Part shown: piece after piece, positions 26,727 to 38,999 of the stretch
How positions within the stretch are numbered: the first letter of the stretch is position 1
How the letters are laid out: every line of letters starts with the position of its first letter
Origin: Octopus sinensis
Taxonomy: Eukaryota
Assembly: GCF_006345805.1 (NCBI RefSeq)
Contig: NC_042999.1
Span: forward strand, 59,768,001-59,832,000
Direction: 5' to 3'
DNA length: 64,000 nt
Made by a program: the position numbers and the translations under genes
Notes under the pieces: model-generated
Seen by the model: only the letters and a program-made list of their open reading frames with translations
The model's database searches: none
Told to the model about the DNA's origin: nothing

Positions 26727-26895
26727 AGTATATATATATATATGTATGCAAAAAGCAATAAAGATTCAAGTCAATTTTAATGAATTTACTTGAATATGGT
26801 ACCTAACTTAGATGCACCAAAAAACTATACGGTTTTAACAATACAGTAATGTGGGGTGATTATAAGCGAGAAAGAAGCAACAAGAATGGATAAGT

Positions 26896-26986
26896 TTTTA
26901 GTACAATCGTTTCATACAAGGACAGGCTTTATTAAAAGTTGCAAAAATTGCAGCATATAAACGTGTCCCGTACTCATCAGCTAAAA
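26896..26986 (-). ncRNA. Type I hammerhead ribozyme in the 3' pseudo-LTR (sense to the PLE ORF)
   Basis: UUUUAG-CUGAUGA-GUAC-GGGACA..UGUCCU-U-GUAU-GAAA-CGAUUG-UA-CUAAAA. Confidence 0.82.
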
Positions 26987-28452
26987 TACATGTGAGTTCT
27001 CTAGACATCTTAGTGGTTGAGGCTATACTCATGAAGTAATGTAGATAATTAAGTAACATAAACAGATTTCCAAAGTTCATTAAAGTTCTTTAAAGATGAT
27101 GTACAGTCTTATCACAGAATTTTAAAAAGGTTTTAATAGCATCACAGAGAAGGTGACTTAATCCATAGCGTACATATGAATTTCCAGAGATATGAGGAGG
27201 GATTACATACTCACAGACGACAAATTTATCCATGGCTAATCACAACGAGGTGGGTCTCAATTCCTGCTTATTAGCATTACAGAGAGGGTGAATTAATCCT
27301 TTGTATAGATGCACAATTTCCAATGGTGTAGATGTAAATTTCCAGAGAAATGAAGAGGAATTTCATATTCACAGATGATATATTTATCAATGGTTGAACA
27401 CAATGAGGTAGGTATCAATTCTTGCTATATGATTAGGTATTTGCCACGTTAATCACATTACTGCTATTTTCAAGAGACTGTAGCTATTTAACTTTTAAAG
27501 GCTGAAGGGCTTTCTAGAGAGGCAAAGAACAGAAAGGGAAGGAAAGAGAGGAAAAGAGAGAAAATAAAGGAGGAGGGAGCAAAAAGGGGGGGGAGACTAA
27601 AAGAGAAGAGAAAAGGAAAAAGAAAAAAAAGAAAAAAGAGAATAAGAAGAAGAAAAAGAAAAAAGAGAAAAGAGAAAGAAAAGAAAGAGGGAAAGAAGGG
27701 AGAAAAGAAAAAGAAAAAGAGGGTTCTAGTTATACAGAAGAATTAGTAGACGGCAAGTCTGGTTTTAATTTGCAGGCATCTAGGAACTAGAGGAGAATAT
27801 TATTCCTTGACCAGTAAAACAGCTAATTTATTGCTAACGTTGAAAGCAGTTATGAATTTAAAGAGAATCTAAAGAGATAACAAGGTCAGGGGTATAGGGG
27901 TCAAAGGCTAAAATCAAAAGAAAATACATTAGGAAAATCTAAGTATAATCTTATCAAAAAGTCATTAAAATTTATTTATTTAATTTATTCGTTTTACTGT
28001 CTTAAGGAGTTGCCGTTATTATTCATACATTGAGGGACTACAGGTCAAATCTTAGAAGATCATTTACAAGGTGTTAGGGAATTGTCTATCATAATGAAGA
28101 TATTCATACTATCATCGAGGGAGTAGCCTTATTTATTTAATTTTGAAATAGAATTATGAGGCTTTAGTAACTCATTTTATTTTATTAAAGTTATGTTATT
28201 TAAATTAGATTAAGTTAAGAATTAAAAATTAAAAATTAAAATTAAGATTTAAAATTATGAATTTGAAATTAAATAAAGCCTCAATTAAGCAGCGTATAAG
28301 TACTATTTATTTCCCTGTTCTCAAAAAACTGATGCAGATATAAGGAAAAAGATAACTGTAGTGTGAGAACTCTTAGTTATCTACTTAAAGCAGTGCTATA
28401 CTAGTAAAAATCAAGTTATATCTATCTATCTATCTAGTTACGAATATTCTAA

Positions 28453-30067
28453 TCATTTAAAATATTTTAAAGTCTTCAATTTAGCGTGGACACAAACTTG
28501 ACCTAGTTCGATATGGTTATTCAATAAGTTTCTATGTTTTCTATGCTTTAGAATTTCATACGTCTCCATGGAGCATAGTTGGCAACCACCCTGCTATTTT
28601 TATACGGAATTGCTCTCCTAACTATTTCCCAATTAAGGTTATAATTATTGTTATTATTTTTGAGTTCCCAGATTTTGTTTGAAAGTGTGGTGGTACCAGC
28701 TTTATGACGTAATTTAAAAGACGAGATGTGATTTCTAACTCTGGCTAGAAAATTAATTGTACATCCAATGTAAAAATATTTGTTATTCTCCGTGGATATG
28801 GTACATTTATAGATTACGTTATTTTCCCCGCATAGACCAGGTGCCGGGCATTTTGATTTTATTCTAACTTACACACAGGAGGAACAACTTCAGGTTTTGG
28901 ATAATTCTTGGGTAGATGTCTTAGGTTCCTATTATTTTGATTATCATGAGTATAATTGTCCTTATTGTTATTAATATTTTTATAGTTGGTGCTGATATCT
29001 AAAGTATTGCTATTATTTATTGATCCTTCTGTTTCATCTTTTAGGTCTAAAGTCCTACCATGATTTTTTATATTATTGGTAATGTTACTATTATTGTTAG
29101 TCTTTTTATCCGACTGCATATTGTTGTTATAGATATCACTGATATTTTCATTCTCCTTATTTTCTCCATTAGCCTTATTTCTATTATTTCTATTATTAAC
29201 ATTATTACTTCTATTAATATCGGTATTGTTATTATTACTATTAATGTTAATGTTATTAGTCATTCTGTGGTTACTAATTTCACCCATGTTCTGATAGTTA
29301 CTATTGCTGTTTTTATTGTTGGTAGTATTATTATAGTTGCTATTGGTATTCATGCTGATATTATTATTTTTATTTCTATCTTTCCTGGCTAGTTTAATTT
29401 TGTTATTATTAATCTTAGCTATTAAAGTGGACATATTTGGGAGGGTTGAATAAGAAATCCTAACTGTTTTCCTAGAAATAATTCTATGATATCTATGAGA
29501 GATTGGGAAATTTTTTTCTAGAATTACTTTGAATTTGTTCTGTATATCCGATTGTATCGCACAGTTGAAAGGAATATTCAGCCATATTATATCTTTTTTA
29601 TTAAATTTAGGGTTCGTAGAATTATTACTATTCATCTCGCCAGAGTTATTGTATTTATTACCATTATTTTAATTTTTATTTGTGTGCATCTTTGGTTTAT
29701 CTACTTCGATATTATCCGAGTTACCTATGTTTTGGTCAATGCTTCTATTTGAATTGTTGGGCCTGTACGTTAGATTAGCATTTACCGTTAATTTAATTCT
29801 ACTTTTATTTCGGGCTTGGTCTGTATTGCTGCTTACGTGATTACTGATAACTTCTTTATTAGGAATACGTAAGTTCTCCTTATCAACGAATGTAATCTTT
29901 TGGTTGTATCCTGCCTTAGTTAACGCCGCATTATAATGCTCAGAATGGGAGTTAAATATATCCTTATTGGATGATAATTTTGAAATTCTTAATGAAATAT
30001 TTCTTACTAAAGATTCAATTATATTTGGGGGATGATTTGATAATTTATTTACGTAATTCGTGATTTC
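28453..30067 (-). pseudogene. PLE ORF remnant: RT thumb, Asn-rich linkers, Cys-rich knuckle and GIY-YIG endonuclease
   Basis: NYVNKLSNHPPNII..ALTKAGY; KDIIWLNIPF..ISYSTLPNM; VCK(C)RIKSKCPAPGLC; NVIYKCTISTENNKYFYIGCT..RNH; CQLC..LLN..EL..CVH. Lesions are a TAA at 29669-29671 and frameshifts near 28868 and 28590. Confidence 0.9.
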
Positions 30068-30234
30068 GCCTTCCTGTGATGCTATTAAAACCTTTTTAAA
30101 ATTCTGTGATAAGACTGTACATCATCTTTAAAGAACTTTAATGAACTTTGGAAATCTGTTTATGTTACTTAATTATCTACATTACTTCATGAGTATAGCC
30201 TCAACCACTAAGATGTCTAGAGAACTCACATGTA

Positions 30235-30325
30235 TTTTAGCTGATGAGTACGGGACACGTTTATATGCTGCAATTTTTGCAACTTTTAATAAAGCCTGTC
30301 CTTGTATGAAACGATTGTACTAAAA
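30235..30325 (+). ncRNA. Type I hammerhead ribozyme in the inverted pseudo-LTR
   Basis: Reverse-complement copy of 26896-26986: CUGAUGA at 30241-30247, GAAA at 30308-30311, GUA triplet at 30317-30319. Confidence 0.82.
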
Positions 30326-30614
30326 ACTTATCCATTCTTGTTGCTTCTTTCTCGCGTATATATATGTATGTATATTTATATATATATATATATCATCATC
30401 ATCATCATCATCATCGTTTGTATATATATATATGTACATATATATGTGTGTATATATATATGTATATATACATATGTAAGTATATGCATGTATATATGTA
30501 TGTATATATATATGTATATAGATATGTATATTTATATATATATCTGTATGTCTATATATATATATTTGTGTGTATATATGTGTGTGAGCATATATGTATA
30601 CATATATGTGTGTG

Positions 30615-30697
<83 letters not shown>

Positions 30698-30714
30698 CAT
30701 ATAATATATGTATA

Positions 30715-30745
<31 letters not shown>

Positions 30746-31342
30746 GTATATGTATGTATTATGAATATGTATATATTAAAACAGAATGATCAAACGAAAG
30801 TATTTCTTTATCACTGTTATATATTTGATCACCTGGAAATGAGTTTTTCATCTCAACATTTATTTATTTTCAATTACTTCTCCAATTCGAAGTAATTTTG
30901 CCTGAATTCCATTTTGTTTGAAGTTATCGAAAATATCAGACGCTATTAAACGTAGGTGTTCCAAAATACATTTGTTTTGTGATTGAAGATAAATCTTCAT
31001 TTCTACAAAAGTATGATACGTATGACAAATATATCGCTTTGGTTTCGGTATTAATGATCTTGTTAGATAAACTTCTGTTGATATTTAAGATAAATATTAA
31101 AAAAAAAAGAAACAAAAATGTATTTGTGATATATGCGTACCTATGTCAATGTGTTTGTGTGTATAGGTATGAATGCTTATATGTGTGCATGTATATATAT
31201 ATATATATACACACACATATTTATATATCTCTCTCTCTATATATATATACATATATGTCGACATATATATATGTATATATATATGTAATAAACAAACATA
31301 TATGTATATGTAATAAATAAACATGTATATATACATACATAC

Positions 31343-31404
<62 letters not shown>

Positions 31405-31449
31405 ACATATCTGTGTATATATGTTTATATATGTATATATATGTTCATC

Positions 31450-31480
<31 letters not shown>

Positions 31481-31513
31481 TTATGTATATATATATGTAT
31501 GCATATATATATA

Positions 31514-32700
31514 AGGATGGCTCCCTCACAGACAGTCCAACTAAGATCAGTGAGATGCTGAATGACCAGTGTCTTTACCACCCCATTGGAACACAGACAA
31601 GTGAACAAACCAGTGGACTTCTTTGCCACCTCACCTATAACCAGCGAGGCGGTTACAATAGAATGTATTGACATTAGCGAAGAAGATGTCCTACTAGCCA
31701 TAGATGAAGTGGACACAAACTCAACTGCTGGTCCAGATGGTTTCCCAGCAATCCTCCTCAAAGCGTGTAAATATGCCCTGGCAAAACCCCTCAAGATTCT
31801 CTTCCAGAGCTTTCTTACAAATGGCAAACTGCCAAGCAAGCTGAAGCTAATATGCCCAATACATAAAGGGGGAAGTAGAGCAGATGCCAAAAACTATAGG
31901 CCTATCTCTCTGACTTCACACATCAGCGAAGTCATGGAACAGATAGTCAGAAAGAAACTAATCGCATTCCTTGATGAAAATAACTTGCAGAGTAATACCC
32001 AGCATGGTTTTCGACCATGTAGGAGCTGCCTGACCCAGCTCTTACAACATTATGACTGGGTGTTGAGGCAGTTACTCAACAAATCAAATGTGGACGTAAT
32101 CTACCTTGATTTGCAAAGGCTTTTGACAAGGTGGATCATTGTATGATATGCTACAAACTGCGTGACCTCGGCATAGCTGGAAAACTTGGAGTGTGGTTAC
32201 ATGACTTCCTGAAAGATAGGAGTCAGGCAGTAGTGGTTAATGGAGCCACCTCTATGAACACACAAATAGTGAGCAGTGTTCCACGGGGCACTGTCTTGGG
32301 ACCACTGCTTTTTATAGTGGCCCTCTCAGATATGCCCTCAAATGCCCAGATAGCCACTCTGGCAAGCTATGCAGATGATACAAAAGCCTCGCAGAAAATA
32401 CAGAACCCCAGTGATGTTGCACACCTGCAGCAGGAGTTGGACTCAATCTACAGATGGGCTGAGGATAATAATATGCAGTTTAATGCTGAAAAATTCCAGG
32501 CCCTGCGCTACCAGCATTCAAAACTGAATATTAAACTTACAGGATACACCGGTCCACAGGGAATTTCAATCTCAGAGCCTAAGTCTATGAGGGACCTGGG
32601 TATCAACATGAGTGAGGATACCTCTTTCCAAGTGCACATTACCAGGATGGCGACAAAGTGCAGACGACTGGCTGGATGGATCCAAAGAACATTCAGAACC
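31514..32700 (+). pseudogene. CR1-clade LINE reverse transcriptase fragment, frameshifted
   Basis: [41 protein letters not shown](fs)..VPRGTVLGPLLF..YADDTK..QFNAEKF..DLGI. Confidence 0.93.
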
Positions 32701-32834
32701 ACTGATAGAATATGTACTAGGCTTACAAAGAATAAGTCCTGGGGTCGATTTGCTCGACTAAAGGCGGTACTCCAGCATTGCCACAATCAAAAGACTGAAA
32801 CAAGCAAAAGTGTAAAGAGTATATATATACATAT

Positions 32835-33203
32835 ATGATACCTGTGCCAGTCGCACGTAAAAGCACCATACGAATGTGGCCGATGCCAGCGCTGCCTTGA
32901 CCGGGTTCCGTACCGGTGGCACGTAAAAAGCACCAGCCGAAGGTGGCCGTTGCCATCCTCCCCTAGCACCTGTGCTAGGTTAGTGGGTGGTTTTTATGTG
33001 CCGGTGGCATGTAAAAACCACACACTACACTTTCGCAGTGGTTGGCGTTAAGAATGGCATCAAGCTGTAGAAACACTGCCAGATCAGACTGGAGACTGGT
33101 GCAGCCTCCTGGCTTCCCAGACCCCAGTCGAACCATCCAACCCATGCTAGCATGGAAAACGGACATTAAACGATGCTGATGAGGATGATGATGATGATGA
33201 TCA
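32835..33203 (+). mobile_element. RTE 3' UTR copy with (GAT)n tail
   Basis: GGTGGCACGTAAAAAGCACC modules; ends GGACATTAAACGATGCTGATGAGGATGATG. Confidence 0.85.
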
Positions 33204-33312
33204 TGATATATATATAATCATATCAAAGGGAAATGGAAATTTATTTAAATTTACAATTCTAGTGGTCTAACGTGTAAAAAAATTAGTCAAAAAGACTATA
33301 CATTAGTCATAC

Positions 33313-33502
33313 GATATAGTGTATATTTAAATACATAAGGAATCCACTTATAAGAATTCAACATTTTAAATGTTTTTCATTTTTCAATTCATTCCTGTCG
33401 AATTTTATCCCTAATTTTTGTGGTTATAGAACCTTGCTGTTCTTTCTAGCATGTAGAATTCCTACAAGCAGATTCCTTATGTGTTTAAATATACACTATA
33501 TC
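33313..33502. repeat. 47-bp inverted repeat pair with 96-bp spacer
   Basis: GATATAGTGTATATTTAAATACATAAGGAATC..GAATTC versus GAATTC..GATTCCTTATGTGTTTAAATATACACTATATC. Confidence 0.8.
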
Positions 33503-34439
33503 ATGTGTATATATATATATATATATATACATATACATGATGTTTGCTAGAGTGATGTATCTGTTTTCCTCTTTAGTAGTTAATATAAGAAACACATTTT
33601 CTTTATTTAGTGATGACGGCTGCCTATTTATATTGATGTATTTCATAGTTAAATGACCCTTTCATGTTTTGCTTCCTCTTAGTTATTTGACATTATGTTA
33701 TTGATAATTTGGAAAGAGCTTGGCATCTTTTGATGTTGTTTATCTGACATTTACACTGCAGTCATAGTTATGTCGACAGAGAATGTTTAGATTTTGTCAG
33801 GTTATTTTTCTTTCTATTTTTAATTTAAATTTGATTTGTTTTTTTTTTTTAGAATCCTTTAATATTAAAATATACGAAATTGCAGTCATTATCATCATCG
33901 GTTTCACATCCATTTCTCCATGATTGCATGGGTCGGTTGTAATTTGTTGTGATGCAAAATTTTCTGTGACTGGATGCCTATCCTGTTTCCAACCCTCACC
34001 TGTTTCCAAGTAAAGTAATACTTTCCCCCATGGCCAAGCATGTTTTCTGGGAAGATTGAAACCAAAAGACACTGCTTGTATGGTGGTTGCTCCTGTTTAC
34101 AGCTATGACTTTGCCAAGGGAAAGAGACTAACACAAACACACGCACACAAATGAATAAATACATACATACACACAAACACAAATATATACACACACACAT
34201 ACATACACACACATATTAATGCATACATTCACGCACACAAACATACACACACACACTTACACAAATAAATAAATACATACACACAAACAAATATACACAC
34301 ACACATATATATATACAAACACATATTAATATATACATTCGCACTCACACACACTCACACAAATACATATACACACACACACACTCACACAAATACATAC
34401 AATGACACACACACACGGTCATATATATGTATGTATGTA

Positions 34440-35600
34440 TGTGTATATATGTGTGTGTGTGTTTGTGTCTGTGTTTTTCTCCCCTACCATCGCTTGACAA
34501 CCGATGCTGGTGTGTTTATGTCCCTGTAACTAAGCAGTTTGGCAAAAGAGACCGATAGAATAAGTACTAGACTTACAAAGAAAAAGTCCTGGGGTCGATT
34601 TGTTCAACTAAAGGCGGTGCTCCAGCATGGCCGCAGTCAAATGACTGAAACAAGTAAAAGAATAAAGGAATAAAAGAATATGTATGTGTGCGTGTGTGTG
34701 TTTGTGTGTCTGAGTTTGTCCCCTAACATCGCTTGTGCTTACGTCCCTGTAACTTAGCAGTTCAGCAAAAGAGACCAATAGAATAGGTACTACTAGGCTT
34801 ACAAAATATACGTACTGGGGTTGATTTGCTCGACTAAAGGCAGTGCTCCAGCATGGCTGCAGTGCTCCAGCATGGCCTGAAGTTATAGCTGAAGCCACTT
34901 GTCCTGTGGGGCTGAACTCAAAATCTTGTGGTTGGCAAACAAACGTCTTAATTACACTACCATAATACGTAAGCAAATGCCACAAGTTATTTCATCTTAT
35001 GCTCCACTAATTCTACTGCCCACACACTCTACTGTAAATTTCATCATTTCTATTTTTATGTTTCTCTTTACATAACAACTCTTCTTCTACTAATACCTCA
35101 TTCAGTCAGTCGATTTGTTAGTCAATCCACAATGAGTATGTTTCTTGCGTCAGGCGGCAGTTTTCTTTCAGAGTTTCCTGTCAGGTTGCATCACCTTCTG
35201 TATTTTATATGTATTTTATAAGTATCAGTTGACAACTCTCATTTACTCTGATTTACTTCTTTCAGTCATTTGACTGTGGGCATGCTGGAGCACTGCCTTT
35301 AGTTGAGCAAATCGACCCCAGGACTTATTCTTTGTAAACCTAGTACTTATTCTATCGGTCCCCTTTGCCGAACGTAAACATGCCAGCATCGGTTGTGATG
35401 TGATGTGAGGGGGACAAACACAGACACACAAACACACACACACACACACACACATATACCACGGGCTTCTTTCAGTTTCCGTCTACCAAATCCACTCACA
35501 AGGCTTTGGTCAGCCCTAGGCTATAATAGTAGACATTTGCCCTAGGTGCCACGCACCTAGAACCTGGAACCATGTGGTTGATAAGCAAGCTACTTACCAC
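34440..35600. mobile_element. Cluster of SINE family A copies (two + strand tails, one - strand near-full copy)
   Basis: Family A tail at 34440-34670 and 34690-34870; inverted copy at 35245-35600. Confidence 0.8.
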
Positions 35601-35987
35601 ACAGCCACTCCTACGCCTTGTATATTCACGTTGTTTTTTAATTAAGTATGCATTATCTAGCAGCTTTGAGATTTCAATTATTATTTAGTCTTAGAATGAC
35701 ATTGTAGGGTAGGTGTTCAAAACCAGATCTGGTTAGTTTAAACATAAAAGAAGTACAATATTTGGGCCTCAGTATTTATTTTACATCCTGTCCTTATTGC
35801 ATCAGTCCCTTTCTTGCGCATGTGGGGGGTCAATAAATTAGAATACTAGCTATCAAGTACTAGGGTCGATTTAATTGACTAACTTGCCTCTCCTCAAAAT
35901 TGCAGACCATCAAACTGTGGTTCAAGTAATTATCAAATACTGCATTATCTAACTTATTCTTCTTTAAGAAAGAGTGATATTTAAAGT

Positions 35988-36218
35988 AATTGCAGCGTGG
36001 AAGGTGTTTATAAGCCATTTAAGAAACACACAAAAACCGTTAGATTCACTTCAACATTTAAATTTAATTTGTCAAAATATTTTCGTCGTTTTCAGTGAAC
36101 AGGTTGCGGTCTCAAAGCGACGAAAATATTTTGACAAATTAAATTTAAATGTTGAAGTGAATCTAACTGAAAATGTGTGTTTCTTAAATGGCTTATAAAC
36201 ACCTTCCACGCTGCAATT
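35988..36218. repeat. Palindrome with about 105-bp arms and a 21-nt spacer
   Basis: AATTGCAGCGTGGAAGGTG..TTTCGTCGTTTT-cagtgaacaggttgcggtctc-AAAGCGACGAAA..CACCTTCCACGCTGCAATT. Confidence 0.92.
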
Positions 36219-36789
36219 GTTTACGTTCCAGCACACGATCTCAGATCAAGTCACTCGCTATGCAAGTACATCCCTGATATTTAAAGATTTGATTGTTATT
36301 TCTTGTCGGTTGTTCTTAAGTTACTATTGTTCAAGCCAAGTGAACTGTGATGGAACACACCTATGGTGAAAAATGTACCAACAATAGTCATTCCATTTCT
36401 TTTAAGGTTGTGTAAGATTTCATTATTTAATACCAAAGTAGGAACATCCTTTATATTTGAAGGCCACTTATAATTAAGCGTGGTCCAAGAATTGCAAATT
36501 ACAAGAAGATATTTTATTAAATATTTAATTAACCTCTTGGCATTCAGATTATTCTGTGAAATGTAATGCTTATTTATTCATTGTTTTGAATTAATCATGC
36601 ATTATCTTGCAGCTTTGAGATTTTCATGATGTGATTGTTTATTTCTGGAAGGACATTGTTGGGTTGGTGTGAGAGGTTGGATCTGGTTGGTTTGAATATA
36701 AAACAATTAAAATATTTAGGGTGGACATGGCTGGCTTGAATGCTAAGGCGTTAAACTTATATGAAATGTGATTGCTTTTATTATGAGAA

Positions 36790-37122
36790 TGTAAAAAAAG
36801 ACCCCCTTCACTCATGAATGACTATTGGATTGCACCTAGAAAGTGACCCTCCGAGGCACAAGTCTGAGCAAGGTTGTTTATGGAAAACCAGTAGTTTCCC
36901 ATGCATACCAGCCTCTTCTCTCCACACCACTGATGTTATCCAGGGGAAAGGCAAAAGGGCCATCAGTGACGTTGCAACTTATTTCTACAGATAAATGAAC
37001 TGGAGCAACGTGAAATAAAGTATCTTGCTGAAGAACATAACACACAGCCTGGTCTGGGAATTGAACCCACTACGTCATGATTGTGAGTCTGATGCTCTAA
37101 CCACTGAGCCATGTGCCTTCAC
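36790..37122 (-). mobile_element. tRNA-derived SINE (family D)
   Basis: Minus-strand head GGCTCAGTGGTTAGAGC..GGGTTCAATTCCCAGACC. Confidence 0.72.
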
Positions 37123-37508
37123 ACATAGGAGAACATAATTACAGACATGAGGCATAGGCATTGCTTTGAGGTTAAGGGCACTTCTCAGCTACAAGGTTCT
37201 AGATTCAGTCCTACTGTGTAGCACCTTAAGCAAGCATCTTCTATTATAGTACCAGACTAACCAATACTTTGTTAAGGAATTTGCGAAACAGAAACATAAG
37301 CTGGTTGTGTGTGTGTGTGCATACATGCCGACATGAATGTTTAGAAAACTATGCTGAGCTGACTTTATGGTTTGTGGCTCAACTCCAAGTGGTGAGGTCA
37401 TCGTTTGTGTTTAGGCAATTACTGTGAAGTTTGGTGGCATTTCCTGTTAACAAACTGTGTACAAGCTTATACACTTTGGATTCCGCTGAAATAATAATAA
37501 TGATGATG

Positions 37509-37564
<56 letters not shown>

Positions 37565-38999
37565 TAAATATATCCCTTTGAAAAAACAGGTTAAGGGCTG
37601 GCAACAGGAAATGTATACATCTGTAAAAATCCTGCTTCAAATCTATTCCATTTTAAGCATTGCTAGCACGTAAATGAAATAAATAAATGGATTGTAAATT
37701 TTAGAGTAATAAATCAATATATAAATTGATCTTTTAATGATTTGATTATATATTATATTTAATTAATAAATGTTATACTCTGTAATCATCAAATATGTAT
37801 TTTTTTTTTTTTATGTAAAATCCAAACTTCTTCTGATGGCTGCATTTAAGAGCTACAGTGCTTGTAGATTCCCCATTCTTATATGTCCTTTATTATTCAA
37901 AATGATTGAATGTAATTTAAAGCAAATTTAGTTGCTATTTCTAGGATCTCATGTGACCACATAGGTTCGTTACTGATTTCTTTCTTATAGTTGTTGTTGT
38001 TGCTGGTAATGTCTTTAAAGATTAAAGTAATTTTAATATATAATGAGAAATTGTGACTTGTTACTGATGACGAGTATTAAGCAGCATTCACAATATACCA
38101 TATTCTTTTAGCTGATAAAATGTTCGTCTGTTTGTCTGTCTGTCTGTGTGTCTGTCTTATGACCCTTGCCTTCCCATATCTCACTAAACCACTTATAATT
38201 GTAATTTACACATTTCTTATCTACATTTCAAAATGGTTCTCATAAGCTATTTGTTAAGCACTTTGTACATTATAGGTCAAAGAGAAGAAGAGGAAAAACA
38301 ATCACCTCTTTGGTGAAGTAGTTCTAGATTCAACATTATCTGTTGTGTTTCAAATACTTGAATAATTCATTTCCTTAATTCTACCATAATAATTCCAGAT
38401 ATCATTTCTGGAATTTTCTATGTTGATTGCTCTCTACAGTAGGTACAAGGCCTGAAATATCAGGGGAGGGCAGTTGTTGAATAAATCACACCCCTTGCTC
38501 AACTGGTATGTTCAACCCAAAAGAACGAAAGGCAAAGTAGACCTTGGTGGAAATTGAACTCAGAATGTAAAGATGGACAAAATGCTACCATGCATTTTTC
38601 CCAGCATGCTAATGGTCAATGTGGGTTTTATGTTTGTTTTCTATGTTGGTATGGAATGGACGGTCATTTCTCTGCTCCTAGTTAGATCAGTTCATGCTCA
38701 TCAGTTTCATTTTTGGTCAATTTCTACTACCAGATACTTTTCCTAACACCAACCACTTTACCCAGTGCATTTTTTTTTCATTGCATCACCACTAAGGAGG
38801 TTATGTCTTTGACAAGACTAAAGGGACCTCTTGGCCCCACCCACTTTTAACTGATGCTGTGATAAAATGCACCCAGAAGGGACAAAGGTGAGAGTGTGAT
38901 GTATAAGAAGAGGTGTATATATGATGGAGGTGAAGGATGGACATTGATAATGAACAGTCTGTAGGGCAGGGCTATAGATGGAGTGTACAGGTAAGGTAA

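Larger units (their letters stand above)
26750..30355 (-). mobile_element. Penelope-like retroelement (Naiad-like), 5'-truncated, with inverted pseudo-LTR
   Basis: RT thumb and GIY-YIG coding region plus 282-bp inverted repeats (26866-27147 and 30074-30355); both ends abut (TA)n. Confidence 0.88.

Noticed and set aside
26898-27080. Twin 60-aa ORFs MNFGNLF.. (also 30141-30323)
   Set aside because: They are identical only because they sit in the inverted repeat; they overlap the hammerhead and have no protein features.
28453-28880. Possible selenoprotein (UGA-Sec) version of a Naiad-type endonuclease
   Set aside because: All readable Cys positions are TGT/TGC, and the only TGA in the reconstructed frame is the terminal stop. 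No SECIS search was justified.
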